A stretch of 64,000 nt of DNA from Vicinamibacteria bacterium (GTDB taxonomy: Bacteria; Acidobacteriota; Vicinamibacteria; Vicinamibacterales; CAVVIG01): positions 2,042 to 66,041 of the forward strand of contig JBGPKK010000003.1 of NCBI GenBank assembly GCA_041485905.1. The letters are read 5' to 3'. The stretch's first letter is position 1. Each line of letters begins with the position of its first letter. The notes under the pieces are model-generated. The model did not search any database and was not told the DNA's origin. It saw nothing but the letters and a program-made list of their open reading frames with translations. Below are positions 1-9,703 of the stretch, piece after piece. The translations under genes were made by a program, and so were the position numbers.

Positions 1-438
1 GTCACGCAGCCGCTGCAGGGCCTGATCGACCGCGCCCTCTTCGATGCTGTTGGACGGCCGCCGAAGCGACAGCGTCGCGTACTCGCCCGGCTCGAACGGC
101 GGCACCGTGTCGAACGACGCGGTGAAGGTGAGCGGCTGGCCCTCCTCGACGGTGACGTCGCGGATATCCGGCACGTCCACCGGCTCGACTCCTCGGGCGC
201 GCAGCGCCTCGTCCACCGCCGGCGGAATGAGATCGTGTGCGACATCGTGCAGGATCTGATCCTTGAAGCGCTGCTTGATGACGCGCGCCGGCGCCTTGCC
301 GGGACGGAAGCCGGGGATGCGCGCTTTGCGCGAATAGTCGCGCGCGTGGCGCTCGATCTCGGCGTCGACCACGTCGCTCGGGATTTCGACCGTGACATTC
401 TTGCGCGTCTCGCTGACGTCGACGAACTCGGTCTTCAT
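1..438 (-). CDS. tig: trigger factor, N-terminal 146 codons (rest lies beyond the left window edge)
   Basis: Absent from the ORF track because it runs off the edge. Reverse translation from ATG 438-436 gives MKTEFVDVSETRKNVTVEIPSDVVDAEIERHARDYSRKARIPGFRPGKAPARVIKQRFKDQILHDV... and stays open to base 1. The GFRPGKxP ribosome-binding signature of trigger factor is present. Confidence 0.9.
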   Translation of the reverse strand, partial: MKTEFVDVSETRKNVTVEIPSDVVDAEIERHARDYSRKARIPGFRPGKAPARVIKQRFKDQILHDVAHDLIPPAVDEALRARGVEPVDVPDIRDVTVEEGQPLTFTASFDTVPPFEPGEYATLSLRRPSNSIEEGAVDQALQRLRD

Positions 439-571
439 AAGGATGAGGGATGACGCCTTCCGCTTCGCGCTTCGGCGGACAGGTCGGCCAACGTGCGGCT
501 TGCCAGCCGAAGCTCGGTGGATCGATGTGCGGCTTGCCAGCCCAAGCTCGGTGGTGCGGGTGAGCGAAGGC

Positions 572-658
572 TGGTGCGAAAGGGGGGAGTTGAACCCCCA
601 AAGCCTTTCGGCTACCGGATCCTAAGTCCGGCGCGTCTGCCAGTTCCGCCACTTTCGC
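572..658 (-). tRNA. tRNA-Leu (anticodon UAG), type II with long variable arm, CCA encoded
   Basis: Reverse complement reads GCGAAAGTGGCGGAACTGGCAGACGCGCCGGACTTAGGATCCGGTAGCCGAAAGGCTTTGGGGGTTCAACTCCCCCCTTTCGCACCA. Acceptor stem GCGAAAG/CTTTCGC, anticodon stem CCGGA/TCCGG with loop CTTAGGA, T-arm GGGGG-TTCAACT-CCCCC, long variable arm. Confidence 0.9.
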
Positions 659-841
659 GTCTGACTGTGGTCCGCAGATTCAGCCTAGCACGCCAGCTCG
701 AGGCGTGCCAGCCGGGGCCCGCGCGTCGATTCTCTCGCGAGCCGAGCGTACAGTGATGGCCCTTTAAGTTCTCAGTTCTAAGTTTTGAGTTTGTCTATTC
801 GTAATCAGATATTCCTCCACCCGGGTGATCAACGACCCGAC

Positions 842-1321
842 TCACAGTGCCGTATCCCGCTCGGCCCACCACCAGATGCCGAGCGCGGTCAGCACGAGGG
901 CTGTGGCCGCGCCGTAGATTGGAAGCGACGGCGCCACGCGGCGCGCGAACTCCGTCGCGCCGCTCTCGGCCAGGCCGACCACGTCCGTGCTGACCGCCGT
1001 CAACCCGCTGCGGTTGAAGACCATCCAGACCGCCACGATGACGCCGACGACGATGAGCGCGATCGCGAGGTTGAAGCCGGCGTCGAGAAACTGATCGCTT
1101 CGCCAGCGCGCGCGCCGGATGCGCGCCATCGTGCGCACGGTGAACTGCTGCGGCGGCCTGGGCACCGGACGCGCCTTCAGCATGCGCTCGATCCGTCGCG
1201 CGGAATCGAGCGCCGCCGCACAATTGCGGCACGAGGCCAGATGCGCCGCGATGCGGCCGTCTGGCGTCAGCTCACCGGCCGCAATCGCTTCGATGGCGTC
1301 CAGCGTTTCGTCGCAAAACAT
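842..1321 (-). CDS. anti-sigma factor (zf-HC2 type, membrane-spanning)
   Basis: 159 aa. N-terminal HLASCRNC zinc-finger-like motif and a central hydrophobic helix (LAIALIVVGVIVAVWMVF). Its start codon directly abuts the stop of the upstream ECF sigma gene (TAGATG). Confidence 0.75.
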   Translation of the reverse strand: MFCDETLDAIEAIAAGELTPDGRIAAHLASCRNCAAALDSARRIERMLKARPVPRPPQQFTVRTMARIRRARWRSDQFLDAGFNLAIALIVVGVIVAVWMVFNRSGLTAVSTDVVGLAESGATEFARRVAPSLPIYGAATALVLTALGIWWWAERDTAL

Positions 1322-1870
1322 CTATTTCAGTTCCGACTCGAGCAGCCGCCGCAGCTGCTGTTTGGCGCGATACAGGTGCGTCTTGACCGTGCCGAGCGGT
1401 ATCTTGAGCGCCTCCGCCAGATCCTCGTACTGCACGCCGTCGAGATAGTGGCCGGCGACGAGCAGACGATAATGCGGCGGGAGGCGCGCGATCGCTTTCT
1501 CCAACCGATCGCGCAGCTCCAGATCCTCCGGGTGCCGATCGAAGGCCGCCGGTGTCGCCGACCGGTCATCGTCGAGGGAGACGGCGAGGGACATGGCGAG
1601 CGCGGCTGCCGGCTGCGCCTGCGCGCAGGCATTGGCCACGATCCGGTAGATCCACGTCGACAGCCGCGCTTCGCCGCGAAAGTAGGGCAGGCCGCGATGG
1701 ATCTTGAGGAACACGTCCTGCGCCAGATCCTCCGCGCGCGACCGATCCTGAACCGTGCGGGCAATCAGTGCGAAGACCAACGTCTTGTACCGGTCGACCA
1801 GCTCCTGAAACGCACTCTCATCGCCTCGACGGCAGCGCTCGACGAGCTCGCGCTCGTTGATGGCGGTCAT
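1322..1870 (-). CDS. RNA polymerase ECF-type sigma-70 factor
   Basis: Region 2 (DLAQDVFLKIHRGLPYFRGEARLSTWIYRIVANA) and region 4 (EDLAEALKIPLGTVKTHLYRAKQQLR) motifs. Start placed at MTAINEREL; the ORF extends to 1894. Confidence 0.9.
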   Translation of the reverse strand: MTAINERELVERCRRGDESAFQELVDRYKTLVFALIARTVQDRSRAEDLAQDVFLKIHRGLPYFRGEARLSTWIYRIVANACAQAQPAAALAMSLAVSLDDDRSATPAAFDRHPEDLELRDRLEKAIARLPPHYRLLVAGHYLDGVQYEDLAEALKIPLGTVKTHLYRAKQQLRRLLESELK

Positions 1871-2057
1871 TTCTGTATCGCGTCGGGGCCCCACCCCCGA
1901 CGCGGTTGCTCGGCGGCTGGGCGCCTCGCAATCGGCTCAGGGCTGCTCGTCAACGTATTAGAGCACGTGGGGTTGCAAATTGTTTCGCAGCCCGACTGAA
2001 ACATTTGCCGGATGGGGCCAGTCTAATCACTTCGAGCCGTATCTTCCGAGGAGACGC

Positions 2058-2534
2058 ATGTTACAGATTTCCCCGTTCCTGATTCCGATTGTCGCGATCC
2101 TCGCAGGGTGCGCCGTAGCAATCATCACGACGATCTCCAGAAACTACACCCGCTCGCTGGAAATTCGTGAGCGCATCGCCATGATCGAGAAAGGCCTGGT
2201 CCCCCCGCCGGAGGTCGATCCCCGCGGATTCGACCGCGCGATGGCTCGACAGGAGCTGTACGGCTATCACGCGCGTTATCGATCGCCTGGACGGCATCGG
2301 CGCGTGGGCATCATTCTCATGGGCGTCGGCTTCGGTCTGATGCTGCTGATCGGCTCCGTCGATCATCCACGCGATGGCTTTGGTGTCGGCGGTTTCCTCG
2401 TCGTCATCGGGCTGGCCTTTTTGATTAATGGGCTGTTCGAATCCCGGCAGGAACCCTGGGTGCCCCCCGCATCGTCGCAGGGTCAGCCAGGGCCGTCGAA
2501 CAGTCCGACCTCCTCTTCCGACCCGCATCCATAA
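2058..2534 (+). CDS. hypothetical membrane protein (two hydrophobic segments, Pro/Ser-rich tail)
   Basis: ATG at 2058 is preceded by GAGGAG. Predicted TM segments are ISPFLIPIVAILAGCAVAIITTI and GIILMGVGFGLMLLIG / GGFLVVIGLAFLINGLF. No family recognised. Confidence 0.55.
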   Translation: MLQISPFLIPIVAILAGCAVAIITTISRNYTRSLEIRERIAMIEKGLVPPPEVDPRGFDRAMARQELYGYHARYRSPGRHRRVGIILMGVGFGLMLLIGSVDHPRDGFGVGGFLVVIGLAFLINGLFESRQEPWVPPASSQGQPGPSNSPTSSSDPHP

Positions 2535-2565
2535 GCACGCGCGCGGCCCTCTGTCCAAACGAGCC

Positions 2566-3399
2566 TTACCACGCCAATGCGTCCGGGGCGTCGTGCTTGG
2601 CACGGACGAGGTCGGCGTTGTTCAACACCGCCGACACCGATCCCGGATGGGCCCCGCGGATCGCCTCGAGCGCCCGTTCCGCGAGCCGCCGCCTGGTCCG
2701 CCCGGCGCCGATCACCCACACGACGCCGGCGGCGACCGACGATGTGAGAATGGCGGCGTCGGGGACCGTCAGCATCGCCGGCGCGTCTATCAGAATCCAG
2801 TCGAACGCGCCGTGTCCGAGGTTGGTGAGCAGCGTCTTCATCCGCTCCGAGGCCAGCAGCTCCGACGGATTGGGCGGAGTCTGGCCCGCCGTAATCGCGA
2901 GCAGGTTAGGATTCACCGTGCGCTGCATCACGTCGCGCACGCGCGCCTGACCCGTCAGCACCTGCGAGAGCCCGCGGTCGTTGGTCAGGCGCAACGGCCG
3001 GTGCAGCCCCGGCTGGCGCATGTCCGCGTCGATCAACAGCACGCGCGCGCCGCCGTACGCGAGTGCCATCCCCAGGTTGGAGGCGGTCATGGTCTTGCCT
3101 TCCAGCGACTGCGCGCTCGTGATCACGAGGCGTTTCGCCCCTGGGTCCGGGTAGGTCGAGATCAGCGCTGTCCGGAGCTCGCGGAACGACTCGCCGAAGT
3201 CGTGCGGGACGTTGAACGACGCCAGCAGGGGGTGCTGATCGCCGCGCACCGGCGGCACCTGACCGAGACAGGTCACCTTGAGACGACGCGTCACGTCGTC
3301 CGGCGTCTTGATCGTGTCGATGACGACATAGCGCCAGACTGCGACGGCGATGGCCGCCGCGAGTCCGACGACACTAGCGATGACCCAGGTATCGATCAC
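2566..3399 (-). CDS. CpsD/CapB-like P-loop ATPase (BY-kinase family, polysaccharide chain-length regulator type)
   Basis: N-terminal TM helix, Walker A SAQSLEGKTMTASNLG, VLLIDADMRQP and WILIDAPAM motifs. No C-terminal tyrosine cluster is visible. Confidence 0.75.
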   Translation of the reverse strand: MIDTWVIASVVGLAAAIAVAVWRYVVIDTIKTPDDVTRRLKVTCLGQVPPVRGDQHPLLASFNVPHDFGESFRELRTALISTYPDPGAKRLVITSAQSLEGKTMTASNLGMALAYGGARVLLIDADMRQPGLHRPLRLTNDRGLSQVLTGQARVRDVMQRTVNPNLLAITAGQTPPNPSELLASERMKTLLTNLGHGAFDWILIDAPAMLTVPDAAILTSSVAAGVVWVIGAGRTRRRLAERALEAIRGAHPGSVSAVLNNADLVRAKHDAPDALAW

Positions 3400-3513
3400 C
3401 GTGCGCCAGCTTGCAAACGCTCACTCACTTGAGGGAGAACTCGAGAGTATTATCGGCCGAACGTCTTTTCTTGTTCGTGTTTTCGTGGCCTACGTTAAGA
3501 AAGGTGTTGCCAG

Positions 3514-4194
3514 ATGGGAGAGCGATTGTCATTCAAAGCGAACGGTCACACGACGCCCGCCTATCTGGCGCGGCCCAGCCAGCCGGGTCCGGGCATCGTC
3601 GTCATCCAGGAGTGGTGGGGGCTCGTGCCGCACATCGAGCACGTCGCCGATCGGTTCGCGCAGGCGGGCTTCGTGGCGCTCGCGCCCGACCTGTATCACG
3701 GCGAAAAAGCGACGTCGCCCGATCAGGCCGGCAAATTGATGATGGCTCTGCGAATCGATGAAGCCGCGAAGGACCTGGCGGGCGCCATCGATCACCTCGC
3801 CGGTCGGCGTCGCGAGGTGACCGGCAAGAACGTCGGCACGATTGGCTTCTGCATGGGCGGCGCGCTGTCGCTGTTTGCGGCGTGCACGAACCCTGAGGTG
3901 GGCGCGTGCGCGGTGTTCTACGGCGGACATCCGAACGTGAAGCCCGATCTGGCGTTGCTCGAGGCGCCGGTGCTCGGCATCTACGCGGGCAAGGATGGAT
4001 TCGTCACGCCGGCGAGCGTCAAGGAGCTCGATCGACAACTGACCGCCCTCGGCAAGCGGCACCAGTTCCACACCTATCCCGAAGCCGACCACGCCTTCTT
4101 CAACGACGAGCGGCCGGAAGTCTACGACGCGAGCGCCGCGGCGGACGCGTGGTCGAAAACGCTCGCCTTCTTCCGGCGCGAGCTGCAGGCCTGA
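3514..4194 (+). CDS. dienelactone hydrolase family protein
   Basis: 226 aa. GIVVIQEWWGL, nucleophile elbow GFCMGG, C-terminal ADHAFFND: typical DLH pattern. Confidence 0.85.
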   Translation: MGERLSFKANGHTTPAYLARPSQPGPGIVVIQEWWGLVPHIEHVADRFAQAGFVALAPDLYHGEKATSPDQAGKLMMALRIDEAAKDLAGAIDHLAGRRREVTGKNVGTIGFCMGGALSLFAACTNPEVGACAVFYGGHPNVKPDLALLEAPVLGIYAGKDGFVTPASVKELDRQLTALGKRHQFHTYPEADHAFFNDERPEVYDASAAADAWSKTLAFFRRELQA

Positions 4195-4197
4195 TCG

Positions 4198-5292
4198 ATG
4201 GGGCGGCCGCCTTGGCGCGGCTTCGGACGAGCGGCGCTGGTCCTGCTTGCGGCAGCCGCCGCGATATCGCCGCTGCCGGCTCCGCTCGTCGAGCGCGCGT
4301 ACTCGGCGAGCCTGTTTCCCAGGCTCCAGCGGATCATCACATCGGCCTCGAACCTCACGCCGTTCGCGCTGCTCGATGCGCTGATCGTCGTGACCCTCGG
4401 GGCGTGGCTGATCGCGGCCGGCATGGACGTCGCGCGGCGTCGCCGCGGCTGGGCGGATGTCGTGGCGCGACTCATGCTGCGCACCATCATCTGGGCGGCC
4501 TGCTTCTATTTGGTGTTCCTGGTCGTGTGGGGCCTCAACTACAGACGCGTGCGGCTTGTCGACAAACTGCAATTTGATGCGCGCGCGGTTTCACAAGAGG
4601 CCGCGCTGGCGGTGGCGGACACGACCGTCGGCGAACTGAACGCGCTCCACGAGCGGGCGCACGAGATAGGATGGCCGGCGCGCGACGCCATCGATCCGTC
4701 GTTAGCGGCAGCCTTCGATCGCGTGCAGCGCGAGCTCGGCGTCCGGACGAGGGCGATCCCAGCTCGTCCAAAGTCGACATGGCTCGACCCGTACTTCCGT
4801 CGGGCGGGCGTCGCCGGCATGACCGATCCCTACTTTCTCGAGACGCTCGCCGAGAGCGATCTGCTGCCGTTCGAGCAATCGTTCGTGATCGCCCACGAGT
4901 GGGCGCATCTGGCGGGATTCGCCGACGAGTCCGAGGCGAATTTCGTCGGCTGGCTGACGTGCCTGCACGGGTCGATTCCCAACCGGTACAGCGGATGGCT
5001 CTTCTTGTACGAAGAGCTGTCGCGCGCAGTCGGAAGGAACGATCGCGCCGTGCTGGCCGAACGACTCGCACCCGGTCCGCGCGCGGATCTGCGCGCGATA
5101 GCGGACCGACTGCAACGGCAGGTGAATCCGGCCGTGTCAGCGGCCGGCTGGCGCGTGTACGACAAGTATCTGAAGGCCAATCGCGTGCAGGCCGGCGCTG
5201 CCAGTTATGCCGACGTCGTCCGTCTGGTGCTGGGCGTTCGCTTCGGGCAGGAGTGGACGCCTATGCTCGCCGCCTCGAACGTAAGACGCTGA
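4198..5292 (+). CDS. DUF3810-like membrane zinc-metalloprotease-like protein
   Basis: N-terminal TM helices followed by VIAHEWAHLAGFADESEANFVGWLTC...RYSGW, the HExxH...E-ANF signature I associate with DUF3810. Confidence 0.7.
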   Translation: MGRPPWRGFGRAALVLLAAAAAISPLPAPLVERAYSASLFPRLQRIITSASNLTPFALLDALIVVTLGAWLIAAGMDVARRRRGWADVVARLMLRTIIWAACFYLVFLVVWGLNYRRVRLVDKLQFDARAVSQEAALAVADTTVGELNALHERAHEIGWPARDAIDPSLAAAFDRVQRELGVRTRAIPARPKSTWLDPYFRRAGVAGMTDPYFLETLAESDLLPFEQSFVIAHEWAHLAGFADESEANFVGWLTCLHGSIPNRYSGWLFLYEELSRAVGRNDRAVLAERLAPGPRADLRAIADRLQRQVNPAVSAAGWRVYDKYLKANRVQAGAASYADVVRLVLGVRFGQEWTPMLAASNVRR

Positions 5293-5325
5293 ACGCTAAA
5301 CGGAAAGCGCCAGACAGCAGGAACT

Positions 5326-6141
5326 CTACGGTTCGCGTTTTGCGTTTTGCGTTGCCCGGGTGAACGGGGTGATCGCGCGCATCTCGATGTTGCGCGGGTC
5401 GCCTTCGTAGAACACACGGTCCAGAAACAGTCCTGACGCCGGGGCGGTGAGACGCGCTGGCGCGTCGGACGACTCGCGCAGGTACGCGGCAGCTGCGGCA
5501 GGCTCCAGGGTCCCTCGTCCAGTTTCCACGAGGACACCCACGATGCGCCGCACCATCTTCCACAGGAAGTGCGACCCTTCAATCCCGACGAGCACGAGGT
5601 CGGCCTCTTCGATGATCTCCAGGCGATCGATCAGCACGAGCGTCGAGCGCTCGGTGTCCTCATCGTCGCTGGCGGAGAACGATTGAAAATCGCGCATCCC
5701 GACGAAGGCGCGCGCGGCCTCGCGCATCCGGCCGAGATCGATCGGATCTTTCACCCACCACACGTACGCCTTCGCGAACGCGGTGCGTCGACGGGCGATT
5801 TGGTACACGTACCGTCGCGCCACCGCATCGTGTCGCGCGTGAAAACGGTGCGGTACTCCTTCGGCGCGAACGAGGTTGATGTCGGCCGGCAGTTCGTCGT
5901 TCAGCCGCCGCCGCAACGACTCCGATGGCAGGGAGGTGACGACGTCGAGGTGCGCGATCTGGCCGGCGGCGTGGACGCCGGCGTCGGTCCGTCCGGCGCC
6001 GTAGAGCTCAAAGTCCTTGCGCCCGGTCACCGTCCGCACAGCGCGATCGATCTCGCCCTGCACGGTCCGCGCATTCTTCTGGATTTGCCAGCCGCTGTAC
6101 CGCGTGCCGGCGTATTCGATGGTCAGCTTGAAGCGAGGCAC
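5326..6141 (-). CDS. truA: tRNA pseudouridine(38-40) synthase
   Basis: MPRFKLTIEYAGTRYSGWQIQ and GAGRTDAGVHAAGQIAHLD (catalytic Asp motif). 271 aa, a typical length. Confidence 0.92.
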   Translation of the reverse strand: MPRFKLTIEYAGTRYSGWQIQKNARTVQGEIDRAVRTVTGRKDFELYGAGRTDAGVHAAGQIAHLDVVTSLPSESLRRRLNDELPADINLVRAEGVPHRFHARHDAVARRYVYQIARRRTAFAKAYVWWVKDPIDLGRMREAARAFVGMRDFQSFSASDDEDTERSTLVLIDRLEIIEEADLVLVGIEGSHFLWKMVRRIVGVLVETGRGTLEPAAAAAYLRESSDAPARLTAPASGLFLDRVFYEGDPRNIEMRAITPFTRATQNAKREP

Positions 6142-6161
6142 GATTCCGTTATTATTGCCGC

Positions 6162-6911
6162 ATGGCTACCACGCAGACGACTGCAGCGTCTCCGACAATC
6201 CGCCTCCGCCGCAGCGCGGATCGCGGCTTCGAGGACTTCGGCTGGACCGACAACTGGATGACGTTCTCGTTTGGCGAGTACCGCGATCCCCAGTGGATGA
6301 GCTTCGGACCGCTGCGCGTCATCGTCGAAAATCACATTCAGCCGCGCAAAGGTTTCCCAACCCATCCGCATCGTGATGTCGAAATCGTCACCTACGTCTC
6401 GGCAGGCACGTTGACGCACGAAGACAGCTTCGGCCACAAAGCGGGCGTCACCGCGGGGGAGATGCAGGCCATCAGCGCCGGCCCGGGCATGGTGCACTCG
6501 GAGCGGAACGTCCACGACGAGGTCGAGCACAACCTGCAGATCTGGCTCGTCCCGAATCGGCGCGGCGCCGATTTCGCGTATCACCAGCTCAAGTTCACCC
6601 CCGAGGAGCGGCAGGGCCGTTTCCGGCTGTACGTCTCTCCAGACGGACGCGACGGCAGCATGCCGATCAACGCCGACGCGCGCATCGCCGCGGGACTGTT
6701 TCGTGACGGCGACCGCGTCGAGCACCACCTCGAAGCCGGTCGCGGCGCATGGGTTCAGGTCGTCCACGGGCAGGTGGCTGTCGCCGGCGTGTCACTCGAA
6801 GAAGGCGACGGCGTCGGCGTCACCAACGCCACGCGGCTGGAGCTCGAGTTCACCGCGGACAGCGAAGTGGTGCTGTTCGACGTGCGGATGGACTCGCCGA
6901 CCATCTGGTAG
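6162..6911 (+). CDS. pirin family protein
   Basis: Cupin metal motif PTHPHRDVEIVTYV and later HSERN. 249 aa. Confidence 0.9.
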   Translation: MATTQTTAASPTIRLRRSADRGFEDFGWTDNWMTFSFGEYRDPQWMSFGPLRVIVENHIQPRKGFPTHPHRDVEIVTYVSAGTLTHEDSFGHKAGVTAGEMQAISAGPGMVHSERNVHDEVEHNLQIWLVPNRRGADFAYHQLKFTPEERQGRFRLYVSPDGRDGSMPINADARIAAGLFRDGDRVEHHLEAGRGAWVQVVHGQVAVAGVSLEEGDGVGVTNATRLELEFTADSEVVLFDVRMDSPTIW

Positions 6912-7490
6912 ATGGCCGTCGGACAGGTTCTTTGTGTCCTTTGTGTTCATTGAACAGGAAGCGATCACTTCAGCGCATCTGAGATGTCGTAAGCGGCGAT
7001 CTTGTTCTCGGACATATGGGGCACGATCGCGATCTTCGCTACTGGGTCAGTTTGAGTTTTGGCGTCGCGTCCGTGACCGCCGCAATGAGACGCTCCGGCC
7101 GCGCTGTCATGCGATCATGCGCGGCACGCCTCCACGTCGGCGATCACCGAGGCCACGGCCGGGCTCGCGAGCACAGCCGGTCGAGGGACCTCTGGCGGCG
7201 ACGCGTCGAACTCGCGCGCTGCAGCGATGCGCGCCGCTGCACGACCTCACCGAACCTTCCCGCCCGATCGTGTATAGTGGATCTCAGTCGTCCAGAACTG
7301 AGCCCGCCAGCGTTCGAGTAGTGCCCCCTCTCTGGAATCACTGAAGGGGTGCGCGCCGACCGGCCCAACTTTGGTCCCGTGTCGCGCGCGTGTCACGCGC
7401 CCCACAATCGAAGTCACGTCTGCCGTGCCGATCGCCGCTGGCGTCGATCGACCAGGCCGATCTCACACGCGTCAGCAACGAAAGAGAGTA

Positions 7491-7721
7491 GTGCCTGTGT
7501 TCAGAGCAATAAATCGCGGGACCCTCGTCGGCGTGTGGTTCGCGGCCCTCGTCGCCGTGGCAGCCGCCGGAGCGCTCTCGGGCGTCGCGATCACGATGGG
7601 CGTCAGCGCGGTGTGGCTCGCCGCGTGTGTGGTGCCGCCAGCAGTGATGCTGATGGTCTGGCGCGGTGCGCCGCCGCCGACCGTGGCTGAGATCCTTCAC
7701 ACCGCCGATCGACGCGATTAA
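7491..7721 (+). CDS. small hypothetical membrane protein (two TM helices)
   Basis: GTG starts at 7491/7497 follow an AAAGAGAG purine tract. Hydrophobic segments are LVGVWFAALVAVAAAGALSGVAI and VSAVWLAACVVPPAVMLMVW. No homology recognised. Confidence 0.35.
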   Translation: MPVFRAINRGTLVGVWFAALVAVAAAGALSGVAITMGVSAVWLAACVVPPAVMLMVWRGAPPPTVAEILHTADRRD

Positions 7722-7747
7722 GAGTCACGAACCCGACGCAAAAGAAA

Positions 7748-7948
7748 ATGAACAGGCAACTTGCCCGTAACGACGCAGATGCGGGTCCGGTAATGCCGGC
7801 CGCCTGCCCGTTTTGTCGGTCGTCAAATGTGGCGACGGCCAGCAAGAAGGTCGATTCGTCCGCCTATTGGCGGTGCGACAGGTGCGGTCAGGTGTGGAAT
7901 GTCGGACGGCTCCGGGCGCCGGATCGCTATGGCTCCGGAGGCCGTTGA
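7748..7948 (+). CDS. small zinc-ribbon-like hypothetical protein
   Basis: 66 aa with paired CxxC motifs (CPFC ... CDRC). Weak RBS; support is only the Cys pattern and the free-standing position. Confidence 0.4.
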   Translation: MNRQLARNDADAGPVMPAACPFCRSSNVATASKKVDSSAYWRCDRCGQVWNVGRLRAPDRYGSGGR

Positions 7949-7966
7949 TGTGAAACGATCGGTCGC

Positions 7967-9703
7967 TCAGGCACCACTCACCACTTTCAGATCGAGCGCC
8001 TGGATGCCGCCCTCCGTCATGGAAAAGGGGGTTGCCCGATCGCGAATCTTTTCGAGAAATTCCGGATCGGTTCCGGCGCCCGGCTCCACGTAGTCCAGCG
8101 CGATCGCGTAGTAGTCGCCGGGCGGCAGATTGCGGACCTTGAATCGCCCGTCCTGATCCGCGCGGCCGGTGCCGAAATAGCGCGAGCCGAACGTCCAGCG
8201 TGCGGAATCCCTGGCGAACACGACGACGGAGTAATCCTTGACGGTCTGGCCGCGCGCGTCCGCGACCATGCCCGACAACTCGGTCACTTGAGTCGTCAGC
8301 TCGATTTCCAGGCCTCTGAGGTCTTCGTTTGGCCTGATCTCGATCCCGGTGTCGGTGACATCCGTGCCGTTCTGTCGCACTGCCTTCAGCGTCGCGCCCT
8401 GGACCTGCGGCGCGAGACGAATGCCCCACTGTCCCGGCTGCACCTTCATTTCGAAAGTGAAGTCGTCTTTCACCGAGGCGCCTCCTGATCCGCCGACGAG
8501 CGGTATGGGAGTGGGCCGCGCCGCTGTCGTGGTCAACTGAATCGACGATGGGCGGATTGTCCCGGGAGCGGCCTGCGGCAGGATCACGCGACCGGTGACG
8601 GTTGATGGCTTCATGCCGATCAGCTGCAAGCCGTTGATGTCTTCGCCGGCGATTGTGAAGGACGCCGAAACGGAATCAGGCGTGACTCCTCCTCCCGGCA
8701 GCGGCACTGACACCCCAATCACGCGGATGCCGTAGTCCCCCGGCGTGAGGTTCGTGATCGTAAAGCTGCCGTCCGGTCGGAACACGCCGCTTCCGACGGA
8801 CGTGTCTGTCAACCCACCTGTTTGAGACGACAGCAGGATTTGCCCGCTCGAGATCGGCTTGCCATCCGAGTCGACCGCCGTTCCCGTGATTCGCGCGAGC
8901 CGCGTCGGCGTCAGCACCGCGTCAATGTTCGTTCTCGTTTGTCCCAACTCGACGGTCAGCCGCTGCGCTTCCGACACCGTGGGAGTTCCCGGATAGTAGG
9001 TGGGCGCGTACCCCGTTCGGTCCGCCGCGGCGCGGTCGAAATTACTTCCGGTGCGCACTGTCGCCGAGAGGTAGTACTGCCCCGGCGGCAGTCCGAAGAT
9101 CCGATACTCGCCGATGTCGTTGGTCGTCGCGATTCGGCCGGTCGGCACCAGCTGCCGTCGGCCTTGAACGTAACCGTACCGGAACACCGACACCTGCACG
9201 TCCATCGTCGGCTCGCCGACTTCGTCGAGCACGCGGCCCGTGAGGATCCCGCCGCGCGGCAGATTGAAATCGACTTTGTCGATCGATTGTCCATCCGCCA
9301 CTTCGAGCGGCTTCCCGGGCTCAAAGGGACGGGCCTGTCCGTACTGCAGTTGCAAGAAGCTGCCCTTGGTCGCCATCAACTGGTAGCGCCCGGCCGGCAG
9401 CTCGTTGATTTCGTACGCACCGTTGTCATCCGTCGTGGCCAGGCGGTTCTCGCGGAGCTCCGCCGAGGTGGCGCGGACCTGCGCCTTCCGCAGCGGCTGA
9501 CCGGTGTCGGCAGCGACGACGCGGCCCCGAATGCGCGCGGTGCCGGTCTTGGGTGCTGTGGCATCGCGCGGCGGCGCTTGCGGAGCGACTCCGGGCACGC
9601 GGGGAGGTGCGCTGGGCGGCGGAGTGGGCGCTTGCGCGGAAGCGGCCGACGATGTCAGCAAGAGGGCCACCAGAAAGGCGTGAAATCTCAGCATGGCAGC
9701 CAC
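7967..9703 (-). CDS. secreted carboxypeptidase-regulatory-like domain repeat protein
   Basis: Signal peptide MAAMLRFHAFLVALLLTSSAASAQA, then repeated beta-sandwich modules of the form G(R/T)V(V/L)D..G.P...A.V (GRVVAADTGQPLRKAQV, GRVLDEVGEPTMDVQV, GTAVDSDGKPISSGQI, GMVADARGQTVKDYSV). Confidence 0.8.
   Translation of the reverse strand: MAAMLRFHAFLVALLLTSSAASAQAPTPPPSAPPRVPGVAPQAPPRDATAPKTGTARIRGRVVAADTGQPLRKAQVRATSAELRENRLATTDDNGAYEINELPAGRYQLMATKGSFLQLQYGQARPFEPGKPLEVADGQSIDKVDFNLPRGGILTGRVLDEVGEPTMDVQVSVFRYGYVQGRRQLVPTGRIATTNDIGEYRIFGLPPGQYYLSATVRTGSNFDRAAADRTGYAPTYYPGTPTVSEAQRLTVELGQTRTNIDAVLTPTRLARITGTAVDSDGKPISSGQILLSSQTGGLTDTSVGSGVFRPDGSFTITNLTPGDYGIRVIGVSVPLPGGGVTPDSVSASFTIAGEDINGLQLIGMKPSTVTGRVILPQAAPGTIRPSSIQLTTTAARPTPIPLVGGSGGASVKDDFTFEMKVQPGQWGIRLAPQVQGATLKAVRQNGTDVTDTGIEIRPNEDLRGLEIELTTQVTELSGMVADARGQTVKDYSVVVFARDSARWTFGSRYFGTGRADQDGRFKVRNLPPGDYYAIALDYVEPGAGTDPEFLEKIRDRATPFSMTEGGIQALDLKVVSGA

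Noticed and set aside
659-841. tRNA-Leu flank as an integration (att) site or promoter: 7-bp-stem hairpin GCACGCC-N7-GGCGTGC (688-708) and an AT-rich tract with AGTTCT repeats (763-822)
   Set aside because: There is no integrase, no direct repeat of the tRNA 3' end and no compositional island next to it. The features are too short to interpret. They may simply be promoter or terminator elements.
785-1999. 404-aa plus-strand ORF covering the ECF sigma/anti-sigma region
   Set aside because: It lies antisense to two ORFs with clear family motifs. Its translation is Arg/Ala/Pro/Gly-rich with no recognisable domain. This is a typical shadow ORF of a high-GC genome.
6912-7490. About 580 bp without a convincing gene after pirin; it includes minus-strand peptide scraps (MTARPERLIAAVTDATPKLKLTQ, then ...KIAIVPHMSENKIAAYDISDALK in another frame) and a weak hairpin GGACA-N9-TGTCC + T-tract at 6921-6948
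   Set aside because: No ORF reaches 60 codons with protein-like composition, and no tRNA-like or other structured-RNA pattern was recognised. The hairpin stem is only 5 bp. The region is possibly a decayed small gene, but this cannot be supported from sequence alone.
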